A stretch of 64,000 nt of DNA from Fistulifera solaris (taxonomy: Eukaryota), in contig AP026137.1 of assembly GCA_030295235.1 (NCBI GenBank), positions 682,001-746,000 on the forward strand. Direction: 5' to 3'. Shown piece by piece: positions 12,493 through 24,312 of the stretch. How positions within the stretch are numbered: position 1 is the first letter of the stretch; each line of letters begins with the position of its first letter. A model generated the notes under the pieces. That model made no database searches and was not told the DNA's origin. It saw nothing but the letters and a program-made list of their open reading frames with translations. The position numbers and the translations under genes were made by a program.

Positions 12493-13656
12493 GCGTCACT
12501 GCTTCGAGTAAAAAAATTGTAAGTCCATGTTTTTAAAGACACAAATGAACAAGTAGTAAGAACCGCAGATCCATCAGTTGGTGGTGCATCGCGTATCTCG
12601 ACATGGGAATTTTGTACAGCAGACACCTTTCGGTGTGCACCGCACAAAGATGTATAACAGTTCCGTACAGGTCTATGATATGGATGGTTCATCATCACTT
12701 GGATATTTCTATTGCATTCGAGTCAAGGCAGTGAACAATATAAACGTACCTTGACTATCATCTTATTTCATACTGTCGCACAAATTTTTAAGACAAACGA
12801 ATCGATCTGTAAAAAAGGATGAACATGAGATGAATTGTCGCAAAAGCTTCCAGAGAATGTCTTCATAATAAAGCACGCATTTTGTTGTTCGTCTGTCTTG
12901 TCTGAAATGTGATCACGGTGCATCATTTGACACGCATGAATGATTTGTTGATACAGATACTATCTTCCTCCGATGAGATGCGTGCCAAGAGAAGAGCCCA
13001 TGAGATAGAAAAACTTACGTCGAACGAAATGCCGACTCGAAATTCCTTTCAAACCTCTTGCAACATCACGTGGATCTTCCACTGTGGTACCAGCGGTCGT
13101 GTAACTCAGTGTTTTCCTCCCATGGCTTCATTATTTCTTTTCAACGGATCATGGTCAATGGATGGCGTTCGGCATCTTTCATTGGAACGACGGTCGATCG
13201 ACTAGCCTTAGCTATAATGGAGGTGCATCTTCCGTAATTAGCATTTACTTAGGGAGCAAGCTTACTGTTTTCATAATACTCTTGAAATATCTTGTTTTAA
13301 TGATTGGATAGTCGTACCATTGGCTGATAGTCCAGAGTAGAATCCAAGATGATTTCGAACTTTGAACCATGTTCTCTCGTTTTTACTCTATGACTGATGA
13401 CCTCGATGACCGCACCTTTTTGACTATAACAAATAGAGTATTGTTCACATAACGATACGACACTTAGCGATCGCAAGGATCTTCGAAGTGCCAAACCGAA
13501 TGTGTATCGTGTATATCTCGTTGCCGCATGTTGCATTTCAAATTTCAACGCTTTTCACAACTTGACGTCGTTGACAACTTCTCAGAGCACTCATCATTAT
13601 TTTTCCTGCTTTCCTTCATTCAAACAAATCTTTGTCTCTCTGACTAAAGCCACAAG

Positions 13657-14758
13657 ATGATGTTACGAAGTATACTGCTAATGGTTACCCTCTTCTGGGC
13701 GACAACAACGGCACAAACGCTAGTCCCCGACGAGTTCTTTTTCGAGTATCGTTTCTTTGCCAATACGGCCGGTGAAGCCAACGCCACAGATGCTCCACTT
13801 GCCGTCATGTTAAAGTCCTTGCAAAATCATTTGAATGAATATATTGCTTCGTTCGAGAATGCCGCGGTCGTTATTGATTCCATTGATTACTTCAGTCGTG
13901 GCAAGTCATACAGTGTCGGCTTTTTTTCTCTCCTCTCGTTTGAGCCATTTTTTCTGACATTCTGTGGTTACAGCACCCTGCTCGGAAGAAGACTTTGAAT
14001 TAGAATACTCGGACTGTGGAACGTATCGTTCGAACGTGGTTCTCAATCTGGCCAGTGAGTACGATCCAGTTGTCGTGAAACAAGTTCTGACGAGAGAAAT
14101 TCAAACCTTTGTTGAGGACAGCTACGCGAATGAAACCAATAATCAAGTCGATACGTTATACGATTATCCCAAATGGGTGCAAACGACAGTTTACATGGAA
14201 CTGGTGGGTGTGTCGACACCGATGGATGACGATGAAATGTTTTTGTTCTTGCAGGAATTCGAAGATGGTTTTCGACCACAAATGGAAGAAGACAATTATG
14301 ATTGGGTCAAAAATGAAATACTGTACCAAGAAATCATGGACAATCGCGAAGAATTCAACGTGCAGGAACGAAATGTGATCAATAAAGTCAAACTCATGCC
14401 CAAAGCGACGTGTTCCGGTGACTCGTGCAACGACGAAAACTTTTACAATTATCTCGTGGTGAATTTAGACGCCTTCACGGGTGAATTCTTGGGTCGGTTA
14501 CAAGGAGTGTCACCCAATGGGGCGGATGATTATTATACCGATATCATACAAATCATTGTACGCAACGATCAACTCGAAATACCCGAATTGCCCCCCGAGG
14601 AAAACTTGGATCCCACCGCGAGCCAAGCGGGAGATGACAAGGACATTCCCTTTTGGTTGTGGATCCTGGCGTTACTCGCGGTCATCACGGTCGTCGTCAC
14701 ACTCATCTATGTCTGTATTCTGTCGCCCGCGGCGAAAAGCGGCAGAACAGAAGGATGA
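13657..14758 (+). CDS. Acidic type I membrane protein of unknown function; GC-AG intron
   Basis: Signal peptide MMLRSILLMVTLFWATTTA, C-terminal TM FWLWILALLAVITVVVTLIYVCIL and a short tail. Intron 13901-13973 (GCAAGT...TTACAG) joins the two ORFs in frame. Confidence 0.7.
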
Positions 14759-15154
14759 CGAAAACGGATATGAACGTCCGAGCCACCACAGCATGAATCC
14801 GGATGACCCGGCGTCGCCGGGAGACGCCTATATAGTTGCTGTCAGCACATATCATGCACACTTTTGATTGTAATCTTTCAATGAACTGTATTAACTAGGT
14901 TTAATGTCCGAATCCTTAGCACTTCATGTATTTCATATTGGTGACGCATAATTGAAGGTGATGATGTGTACGTATAGATTCATTGCAGGGGTATCTTTCT
15001 TGAAGCTTGTCGAAAACAACTATTGCAGAAATAGGAACCATAAAGTCTAACGAGTTCTTGGGAGATTGATCATCACTGTGCAATTCGTTAGTAGCAAATA
15101 CTTCTTGCATGCGTGTTTTCTTTGTTCGACAGGTCCATGATTTGAGACAGTCGC

Positions 15155-15904
15155 TTAAAACTCCATCGCCATTTGTCGCTTCGCTTTGTTGATTCGTTTC
15201 ACAACCGCATCGATTTCGTCATCTTGTAAAGTGAAAACGCCAAAGACTTCCTCCAAGGACTTGGACGTATCTTCGAACGCTCCCATACATTCTAAAGTCA
15301 TCCGGTCCAAGAACGTTTTCGGAAGATGCGTGTCACTGGAGAGTAATGTCATGTCGTCCATAGTCACCGTGTCGTCGTAGGTATAAACCGTTGTAGCATC
15401 GTCGAATTTGGGTTCGGGTGTCACAATCCGTGTTCGGCGTGGTGCGTAAGAGATATCATCCTCCATATTGTGTCGTTCCGAGTCCAACGTCGTGTCGGCA
15501 GTCAAAGGATACGGTGTTTCGTGATGTCGTGATATATGCGGGTGGCTCGTTTGGGGAAGGCGTTGTCGTTCGGAGGTATTCCGATGAAACATACGCTCGA
15601 CTCGTAAGTCGTCGTATTGAGCGCGCCGTTCGGCATCGCCCAATATCCGGACCGCCAGTACCAAGGCATCCATTTGTTTTTGACAATCGTGACCTTGTTC
15701 TAATTTGTGTAACAATTCGCGACGTTTCACAAAAAACGCGTTGTGTATTTCGCGACACGTCGCGTGGGTTGATACTCGCAAACAATCTTGATACAAATCG
15801 GCGTAAGGACCAAACACTTCATCGACGACTTGTAAATCGAGCGATGAGGGATTATTGTTGGCTGGTTGTGTCCTAGTGGACGTTTGTAATAGACTTCGTC
15901 GCAT
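15155..15904 (-). CDS. J-domain-like protein (no HPD motif)
   Basis: DLYQDCLRVSTHATCREIHNAF...AVRILGDAERRAQYD resembles DnaJ helices. HPD is absent. Confidence 0.55.
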   Translation of the reverse strand: MRRSLLQTSTRTQPANNNPSSLDLQVVDEVFGPYADLYQDCLRVSTHATCREIHNAFFVKRRELLHKLEQGHDCQKQMDALVLAVRILGDAERRAQYDDLRVERMFHRNTSERQRLPQTSHPHISRHHETPYPLTADTTLDSERHNMEDDISYAPRRTRIVTPEPKFDDATTVYTYDDTVTMDDMTLLSSDTHLPKTFLDRMTLECMGAFEDTSKSLEEVFGVFTLQDDEIDAVVKRINKAKRQMAMEF

Positions 15905-17115
15905 TTGAATAATTGAAATGAATGCAGGTTCGCTTGTGTTTTTTTGAATTTTGGATCAAAATGCAAATAATGGTGTTTGTAGACCGAAACGAGCCCACCT
16001 TTTTACTATCCTGTAACCTGTACCAGGTACAGTACATGTACATGGTCCTTCTCTTCGTCGTGAGCGGGAAACGCGCGCAGGACATCTCAACGGAACGCCA
16101 GCATTGCCATATAATTGTAGTATGGCGGAAAGAGAAGATTACTTTTTCTATCGTGACACACCTTTTCAGTCCCGTATCACTATGGAGACACTCATGACAA
16201 TGAAGCAACACCACCTCCTTTTGCGCAAAACAGTAGAAAACTATTTGAATAACTTAAGGATATTAAATGTTGCAAAGCCTGTTGAAAGAGACGATAGACA
16301 CCGGTTTTCGAGAAGCGGGTCAAGATGACGATTTCTGTTGCCGAAGATTTATTTTATAGAAAATAATAGGGCTGTTATAGCGATAACACCTGCCATAAAC
16401 AAATGCGAACTCACGAATCAAATCTGCCTGTTTTCTTTTAATGTCTGATTACGTCAACAAACAAGAAATCTCGTTATTGCTGCTGAATGAGTAAGAATGC
16501 TGTAGCTTGCGCTGAATCATGTTTATATATTCGCTAACCATCGGACTTAGTTAGGCAAGGTATTTCAATTCCATTTCCATCGTCTCGGCTCTAGACTCTA
16601 GGTTAAGTTCGCCTTAGCATGTCCGTAGTCCGTAGGCTGGCGGACGAGTTTTCGGTTTCGAGTTCGCTTCGTTTCTTGCAGTATCGAATTATTTGTGGTC
16701 ACTCATTAACCGTTTTACCGATTCAAAAATTTCGTCTACTATTTTGTATCGGAGAAGAACTTGTTCAGCGGTACCTTTTACAATAAATTATATACCAGAA
16801 CTCCAACGGATTTTTGAAAGCCGAAATTTCGCCTATGTAAATATTTTTAGTAGCGGTGCGGTACTCGTCCCAAAGACCTTTACTTCTTGCTGGATACAAA
16901 GTAGCCAACGCGAGCGTAGCACTCCCTTCCGTGGACGTATAGCTTGGATTACGTCCGCAGGACTCGACCTGGCCTCGGTGTTGCACTTGTTGCTGTCCTT
17001 GTGCTTATCATCAACATCAAAGCATTCCTCTCTATTCATACTAATTCAAATATCCACTGAATCAGATTTATTTTCATTGAAAGAACTCTGATCCAGGCAT
17101 CCAAAGTATTGTGCA

Positions 17116-18453
17116 ATGAAATCGCCAACAACCAATTTGTTCGATTCGCCCCTTTCCCACCACGCGGAAAAAACACCTCTACGGCGCCGAGAAAATGATT
17201 CGTTTGCTGCACCAACCTACCATACGGGGTCCATTGGAGAATTGCCAGTGCTCTCTCATCATCAACGTCGAGTGAGAAGGCAAGCCAGCGATACCGAGCG
17301 ACTGATTCGGATGGGAATGAAAGCGGTGTTGCTGTCTCCTGTCGTGGTCTTGGTGATATGGAGTGTCTTTTTAGTAACATCCAAGCCGATGACATCCAAC
17401 GCACGAGCGGCGGTTCGTGTCCCCGTTCGACCCAAGTCCGGTGGCCTGGTCGATGTCCATCAGAATGCTGGTTTCATAGTGCCGCTCAATGCCATTAACA
17501 ACAATGTCGTGGCCAACACCATGAGCGGAAACGCAAATTCGCTCGTCGTTGCTCGTCCGCACCCGCATCCTCGCGAGGAAGGACCGGTCGTTTACTTGCA
17601 ACCTCCGGCTTATGGTTCGGGAGTTCCGGCATCGGGCATGGTACAAACATTACAAGGACAACCATTGCAGTCAGAGACGATGCTGGGAGCAGGGATGATG
17701 ATGCAAGCGCAACCGATGCAACAGGACACACTGCAAGAACAAAATAATCTTTTGGTACAACCGCCCATGCAAGCACAAGCTGCACAAAATATCATTGTGC
17801 AACCACCCAATCTACAATCGCAAACACTGCAAGGACAAACGTACATGATGCAAGCACAACCGATGGAGGCTGAAACAATGCAGGGACAGAACAACATGGT
17901 ACAGCCCAGCATGGGAAGGAGTCAACCCGCTGTTCAGCCGGGTGTTGCGGTGCGGTATTACTATTACGATCCGGCGCAAACCAAGCAAGATGCATCGGGC
18001 AACCTCATTCTACCCGATACCGTTTATGATAGCCGAGGGCGTGCGGTTCCTCTGGCGTTATTGCAACAAGATGCTGTGCTCCAACAGGATCCTCCGCGCG
18101 GGGTCTTCCACCACGACAACTTTACCAACGATTCCAGTATTCCACGCATCAATATCACTTATTCCCACCCCAACACGGTGCAAACACGCAAGGAACGGAA
18201 AAAGCAGGCCGCGTTTGTTGCCGCGGAAGAGACCGTCGGAACGGATCAATCAATCATTGTTGGAACGGCCGGTATCATGGCGCTTTTGGTCGGAGCCTTG
18301 TCCGCCCGAAGGTTACGATCCAAAGGAATCCTTTCGTTGTGCATGGATGACGAAAACTTGCAAGACGAAGCCGCGTATGATACAGCTTTCACCACATCGG
18401 GATCATACAACACTTTCGCTTGGAAGGGGGATCTGGAAAAATTTGATGTATAG
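17116..18453 (+). CDS. Two-TM protein with Q/M/P-rich repetitive luminal region, unknown function
   Basis: 445-aa ORF with TM ~AVLLSPVVVLVIWSVFLV, repeats MMQAQPM/TLQGQ/VQPP, a second TM IIVGTAGIMALLVGAL, and C-terminus WKGDLEKFDV. Confidence 0.75.
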   Translation: MKSPTTNLFDSPLSHHAEKTPLRRRENDSFAAPTYHTGSIGELPVLSHHQRRVRRQASDTERLIRMGMKAVLLSPVVVLVIWSVFLVTSKPMTSNARAAVRVPVRPKSGGLVDVHQNAGFIVPLNAINNNVVANTMSGNANSLVVARPHPHPREEGPVVYLQPPAYGSGVPASGMVQTLQGQPLQSETMLGAGMMMQAQPMQQDTLQEQNNLLVQPPMQAQAAQNIIVQPPNLQSQTLQGQTYMMQAQPMEAETMQGQNNMVQPSMGRSQPAVQPGVAVRYYYYDPAQTKQDASGNLILPDTVYDSRGRAVPLALLQQDAVLQQDPPRGVFHHDNFTNDSSIPRINITYSHPNTVQTRKERKKQAAFVAAEETVGTDQSIIVGTAGIMALLVGALSARRLRSKGILSLCMDDENLQDEAAYDTAFTTSGSYNTFAWKGDLEKFDV

Positions 18454-18841
18454 TGAGGCGGAGGAGTTTGAAATTTAGTTTCTGTGGCTTGTGACTAATT
18501 TAATCATCGACTTGTTTCTCTCTAAAATTAGCTTAAATGCGAAAGAAATAGCGATGTGGACACCTCATAGCTCAGAACTAGTTAGAGCAGCGATATTAGA
18601 GCATTAGCAAAGGCTGATGAACCGTTGGAAATTATTGTACCGTACACACTAGCTGGTTCGACCAACCGCAAGATACAAAGATACTCCGAACTCCCGATAA
18701 CTTGCCGAACCTCTGGCCTACTTTTTCTGAGATACTGAATGGTTCAACATTTTCGCTTCATCGCTTTTCCACGTTGACTTTTCTTTTCGTCGGCATCTCA
18801 TTCCTCGCTTCGTCGTCTTCAACAACAATAATACTAATATC

Positions 18842-19579
18842 ATGGGTGCCTGTAGCTCTATTTTAAAGCAGATTATAGTCGTGGCCGCCAACGAAGTGGC
18901 ACAGCAGCAAGAAGAGTCCAAGCCGACCTCGCAACAGCCGGCAAAGCCCTCATTACATCATGACGAGTTCAAACCCTCCTCGCAAAAGGTATCTAGCGGC
19001 GATGCCGTCTATTCTAGTTTGCCTGCCAATGCTGAGAAAGTCGATGTGCGCAATGTGTACGACGGAGATACGTTAACCTTGAAGAATGAGGACCGAGTTC
19101 GCTTTGTCGGAATTGATACCCCAGAAATCAAGGAAAACGAGCCGTTTGCCGCCGAAGCAAAAGAATACACGAGGAGTCGGTGCAACAAGGGTGATCTTTA
19201 TTTGGTACAAAGCAGAGGAAGAGACAAGTTCGACCGTATTTTAGCGTATGCTTATGTCCGACAAGATGACGGAAGCTTCCTATGCTTAAACGAAGGTCTT
19301 GTGGCATCCGGGCTTGCTGTGGCGTATTCGCCGTCCGTATCGGAACGCCCTGACAACTGGGACAAGTTATTGTCTTTGCAAAGCCGTGCGCGCGAAAAAG
19401 GTCTGGGGCGTTGGAGCCAGTTCGAAGATCGTGATGTTGTCAAAACGGCGAATGGTAGCGCTTACCATTTACGTTCTTGTGAACACTTGTCAAGCGTAAG
19501 GAATTTGACAGAAATGAAAGAGAGTGAAGCGATAGAAAAAGGATTACATCCTTGTCGATCGTGTTTGACTCTTGGGTAA
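18842..19579 (+). CDS. Staphylococcal nuclease (thermonuclease)-like protein with C-terminal Ada-type Zn-binding motif
   Basis: SNase motifs VYDGDT, VRFVGIDTPE, RDKFDRILAY, LNEGLVASGLA and AREKGLGRW. C-terminal GSAYHLRSC...EAIEKGLHPCRSC. N-terminal MGACSS. Confidence 0.88.
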   Translation: MGACSSILKQIIVVAANEVAQQQEESKPTSQQPAKPSLHHDEFKPSSQKVSSGDAVYSSLPANAEKVDVRNVYDGDTLTLKNEDRVRFVGIDTPEIKENEPFAAEAKEYTRSRCNKGDLYLVQSRGRDKFDRILAYAYVRQDDGSFLCLNEGLVASGLAVAYSPSVSERPDNWDKLLSLQSRAREKGLGRWSQFEDRDVVKTANGSAYHLRSCEHLSSVRNLTEMKESEAIEKGLHPCRSCLTLG

Positions 19580-19844
19580 AGTTGGGGGCGAAATACATTG
19601 ATTAACGAAGTTCGTGATCCAGCTGTCTGGTGTGAAACCTAGGCCGAGAAGTAAGGCAATGGTAACTGGTTGATGATCATATTTATCGATACGTCTGACA
19701 TATGTCTCTTGCAAGTAGATGAGTGAATTCTGTTTTACTCAACAATTCCTTTCATTGGTTAAACTATGTCAAAGATCATCCCAGCCCAAATAAATCTCAT
19801 GATCCAATACTCTATCGTCAAGAAAAATTGGGGGATTGGTATTT

Positions 19845-20129
19845 ACACGTGTCCAGAAAATCTGGACCATTTGTATTTTCACATTTCCAGGAAACCACGG
19901 CGAGTGGTTTTTTTACACTCTGTCCAGAAACTATGGACCTAATGTTTTTTTCGTTCCAGGACACCTGGGCGTGGGCCAGGAAATCTGAACCAGTTGTATT
20001 TTCACGTTCCCATGAAATGTGGGCGTGGGGTATTTACGCGTGGTCAAGAAAATCTGGACCAGTTCTATTTTCACGATCCCAGGATATCTGGGATTGTGAT
20101 ATTCACAAATGTCCAGAAAATCTGGACAG
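19845..20129 (+). repeat. Degenerate ~32-bp minisatellite with palindromic core CCAGAAAATCTGG
   Basis: About 8-9 units of (T/G)CCAG(A/G)AA(A)T(C/G)TGG...GTATTTTCAC. Related tracts lie at 4251-4595 (+) and 43670-43855 (-). Confidence 0.8.
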
Positions 20130-22133
20130 GTCGACGATACGTATGCTTTTCGACGCAAATAGTTGCCTTTTGAATGAAGATGATAGATAATTTATATACT
20201 GGTATTCCCATGGCATTTGATTATACACTTCGCGCTTTTGTTTGTGGACGACTTTGGTGCTCTCTTCTCTCATTGCTTCGGTGGCGTTTCAAGGGACTGA
20301 AATTATTTTAGTCGCGATAGCGTACAACCAACACTTTACCATTATAGTGAAAATGGCAGTCGACGATACGGATGCTTTTCGACGCAAATAGTTGCGTTTC
20401 GAATGAAGATGGTAGTAGGTTCATAATTAAATAATATTTCGAAGGCATTTGATTACAGACTTCGCGCTTTTGTTTGTGGACAACTTTGGTGCTCTCTTCT
20501 CTCATTGCTTCGGTGGCGTTTTTATTTATTTATTTAGTCGCGACAGCGTACAACCAACACTTTACCATTATAGTGAAAACGGCAGTCGACCATACGGATG
20601 CTTTTCGACGCAAATAGTTGCGTTTCGAAGGAAGATGATAGATAATTTATATACTGGTATTTCCATGGCATTTGATTATACACTTCGCGCTTTTGTTTGT
20701 GGACGACTTTGGTGCTCTCTTCTCTCATTGCTTCGGTGGCGTTTCAAGGGACTGAAATTATTTTAGTCGCGATAGCGTACAACCAACACTTTACCATTAT
20801 AGTGAAAATGGCAGTCGACGATACGGATGCTTTTCGACGCAAATAGTTGCGTTTCGAATGAAGATGGTAGTTAGTTCATAATTTAATAATATTTCGAAGG
20901 CATTTGATTACAGACTTCGCGCTTTTGTTTGTGGACAACTTTGGTGCTCTCTTCTCTCATTGCTTCGGTGGCGTTTTTATTTATTTATTTAGTCGCGACA
21001 GCGTACAACCAACACTTTACCATTATAGTGAAAATGGCAGTCGACGATACGGATGCTTTTCGACGCAAATAGTTGCGTTTCGAATGAAGATGGTAGTTAG
21101 TTCATAATTTAATAATATTTCGAAGGCATTTGATTACAGACTTCGCGCTTTTGTTTGTGGACAACTTTGGTGCTCTCTTCTCTCATTGCTTCGGTAGCGT
21201 TTCAAGGGAAAATTATTTAGTCGCGACAGCGTACAACCAACACTTTACCATTATAGTGAAAACGGCAGTCGACCATACATTATGCTTTTCGACGCAAATA
21301 GTTGCGTTTGAATGAAGATGGTAGTTAGTTCATAATTTAATAATATTTCGAAGGCATTTGATTACAGACTTCGCGCTTTTGTTTGTGGACAACTTTGGTG
21401 CTCTCTTCTCTCATTGCTTCGGTAGCGTTTCAAGGGAAAATTATTTAGTCGCGATAGCGTACAACCAACACTTTACCATTATAGTGAAAATGGCAGTCGA
21501 CGATACGAATGCTTTTCTGACGCCAAATAGTTGCGTTTAGAATGAAGATGGTAGTTAGTTCATAATTTAATAATATTTCGAAGGCATTTGATTACAGACT
21601 TCGCGCTTTTGTTTGTGGACAACTTTGGTGCTCTCTTCTCTCATTGCTTCGGGGTGGCGTTTCAAGGGAAAATTATTTAGTCGCGACAGCGTACAACCAA
21701 CACTTTACCATTATAGTGAAAATGGCAGTCGACGATACGGATGCTTTTCGGCAGCAAATAGTTGCGTTTGAATGAAGATGATAGATAATTTATATACTGG
21801 TATTTCCATGGCATTTGATTATACACTTCGCGCTTTTGTTTGTGGACGACTTTGGTGCTCTCTTCTCTCATTGCTTCGGTGGCGTTTCAAGGGAAAATTA
21901 TTTAGTCGCGATAGCGTACAACCAACACTTTACCATTATAGTGAAAATGGCAGTCGACCATACGGATGCTTTTCGGCAGCAAATAGTTGCGTTTGAATGA
22001 AGATGATAGATAATTTATATACTGGTATTTCCATGGCATTTGATTATACACTTCAGCGCTTTTTGTTTGTGGACGACTTTGGTGCTCTCTTCTCTCATTG
22101 CTTCGGTGGCGTTTTTATTTATTGATTTAGTCG
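20130..22133 (+). repeat. Tandem satellite array, ~225-232-bp unit, 9 units (9th split by a retrotransposon)
   Basis: Units start with GTCGAC(G/C)ATAC at 20130, 20359, 20585, 20814, 21040, 21268, 21496, 21728 and 21953. A near-identical backbone includes GGTGCTCTCTTCTCTCATTGCTTCGG and GCGTACAACCAACACTTTACCATTATAGTGAAAA. Confidence 0.97.
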
Positions 22134-24312
22134 AAGTGTTGTCTTGTTGAGATGCCTGCGGGAATGAATGTTCTCGGAGTGTAATCTTCAGGGTTCGGAT
22201 CCGGGTGGTTTCGATTTAGTCCGCTGTTTGTAAGTTCCGGGAATGGGTAGCATGTCCATTTGTTGGAATCTCGTTCGTATAGTTGTCGCTCGATAATATC
22301 GTGAAATTGCAGGCCAGTCTCTGTGTGACGGGACCTCGGTCCATGCACCCAGTCGATTACGAAGGCGTTTCCCGTCGGTTGTGATGTAACTGATAAATTC
22401 TCTCCAAATTGTCCAGCATCGCTTCCCTGGTTTCGACTGAATTACACAATACCTCAACACAAAATAAATATACCAGCCGGAAAGACACCCTTGAACATGG
22501 AGCAGTATCTACAATCACTCAACGCCTGGGAACAAGATCTCCTTCGCTACACTAAAGAATCTCCAAATTGCGAGGCACTTTTCGAAGCAGTAATCGGAAC
22601 AGATCGCCGGCTATACGTTGTATCAGACGGTGGGTGCATAACCACCAAAGGGGGATTTGGATGGGTAATAGCAAACGGCACCGAAATCCTTTGGAGTGGC
22701 ACAAGGCCGACCGATGACGTCTTATCGAGCGGAGGCATACGGAAGACTATCGGCGTTCACTTTCCTTCGGCATTACACCAATTTCTTTCAGTTGAAATCG
22801 GCGTGAAACCCTACTAAACACAGCATGCGACGAAGCTCTTCTAAAAAAGGAACAATACATCCAGAAAATTGAAATACCGAATTCCCACGATCAGCTCCAC
22901 CCAGATATGGATGTGATACAACTAACAATTGAGCAGTACAAGGACATCCCGAACATCACGCACGAACATGTCCATGGGCACCAAGGCGATAACGAGGACA
23001 TTGAAAACCTCTCTTGGCTAGCGCAACTAAATGTTCAAGCCGACAATCTAGCTACAAAGGCACTTCAGCAGCGAACTGCCTCTTCAGTACCGATCCCATT
23101 AGGCAATTTTGCTTACATACTACTCGATAATGAACTTCTAACCAGCCAGTATTCAAGCGAACTAAGAGCCCAAGCGGGCAGAGAACAAGGACTGCAATAC
23201 CTCCGGGACAAACTAAACCTTTCAAAAGACGATTATAACTCGTTGCACTGGACAGCCTACCGATTAGCACGACGAAAACTCCCATTCAAACTAAAAGCCT
23301 TCGCCGCAAAACGACTTAGCAATTGGATTCAAACAAACGAGAGACGCCATAAATGCAACGAAATCTCATCGCCGAGATGCCCACATTGCCCTGCAAAAAC
23401 CGAATGCTTCGACCATGTGTTGTGTTGCCCGGCACTCAGCAATTGGAGACATCGGTTTCTTGACGGACTATTAGACACATTGAGAGAAAACAATACACCA
23501 ATCGACCTAAGCAGAGAGATTCAACAGAACATTAAAGACTGGTTCAACGGCACCCTAGCTGACAGCAACGTCGATTTATGGATGAAAGGCCTAATCCCGC
23601 AAGAATGGGACGACCAAGTTTCAAATCATCTTCGAAATATGAATGAACTAACCCACTCGAACAATGGAAGAACGTGGGCAAAGAAACTCTGCAAGTATAT
23701 TATAATGGAGACCTACGGGCGTGGAAAATCCGATCAAGCTTAGTAGACACATCCAAGCAAACAGCCGCAGAACGGGGCGACACGATATAATCTGCAACAA
23801 ACGGCAACAGCCTTGTAATGCGGTCTAAAGGACCAATGCGACATCAAATACCCGTTTTCTCGGCCCTTGAGGCAGAGACTTCTATTGGACAACAATCATC
23901 TAACTTCCTGGTTAGTCAATCACCGTGCAAACATCCTTAGATACCATACGATATGGAAAGAGAAAAACGAGCGACTCCAGTTACAACTTACCTTCACAAC
24001 TCCAGAAACCATCCCATCAGCATCGGAAATCACACCACAACAGCAGCAAAGAGGAAACTTGAACCAAGAACAACCAAACAACACACAAGTCTTCACTTCT
24101 CCACCAGAATCGGCGCTTCATGCGAAACCAAATTAATCACCCGGCCGACGGACCTGGCCACACTATTTATTCTGAATCAGATGGCAGCCCCCTTGCTCAT
24201 TGCCTCAGCGATGTCTCGGCAACCTGTATCCTAGACATTGTCTAGGGACAGATTGTGTTTCGGTTCTGTCATAGGGATAGGAAATAAGCAAGCTAAACTC
24301 TCAATTTTATTA
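22134..24312 (+). mobile_element. 5'-truncated, 5'-inverted non-LTR retrotransposon fragment (RNase H + CCHC zinc knuckle; Ambal-like diatom LINE by inference)
   Basis: RNase H motifs LYVVSDGG...GGFGWVI, SYRAEAYG (shifted frame, ~22720), HVHGHQ and LNVQADNLA. Zinc motif CPHCPAKTECFDHVLCC. Exact 21-bp TSD TTTTATTTATTGATTTAGTCG at 22113-22133 and 24313-24333. Segment 22134-~22440 codes on the minus strand. No RT domain remains, and frameshifts and stops are present. Confidence 0.9.

Noticed and set aside
12500..13600. Long intergenic stretches (also 15950-17050 and 51600-52600) with short ORFs
   Set aside because: No coding signature, repeat or RNA gene was recognisable by eye.
20308..22000. 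Repeated short ORFs (MITDFALLFVD..., MREESTKVVHK...)
   Set aside because: They are by-products of the satellite. Indels shift frames between units and the ORFs occur on both strands.
18842..22133. Nuclease gene next to a repeat array as a CRISPR-like system
   Set aside because: The variable slots come in only 2-3 recurring versions rather than unique spacers, the unit is ~228 bp, and the nuclease has no Cas/TnpB/Fanzor motifs.
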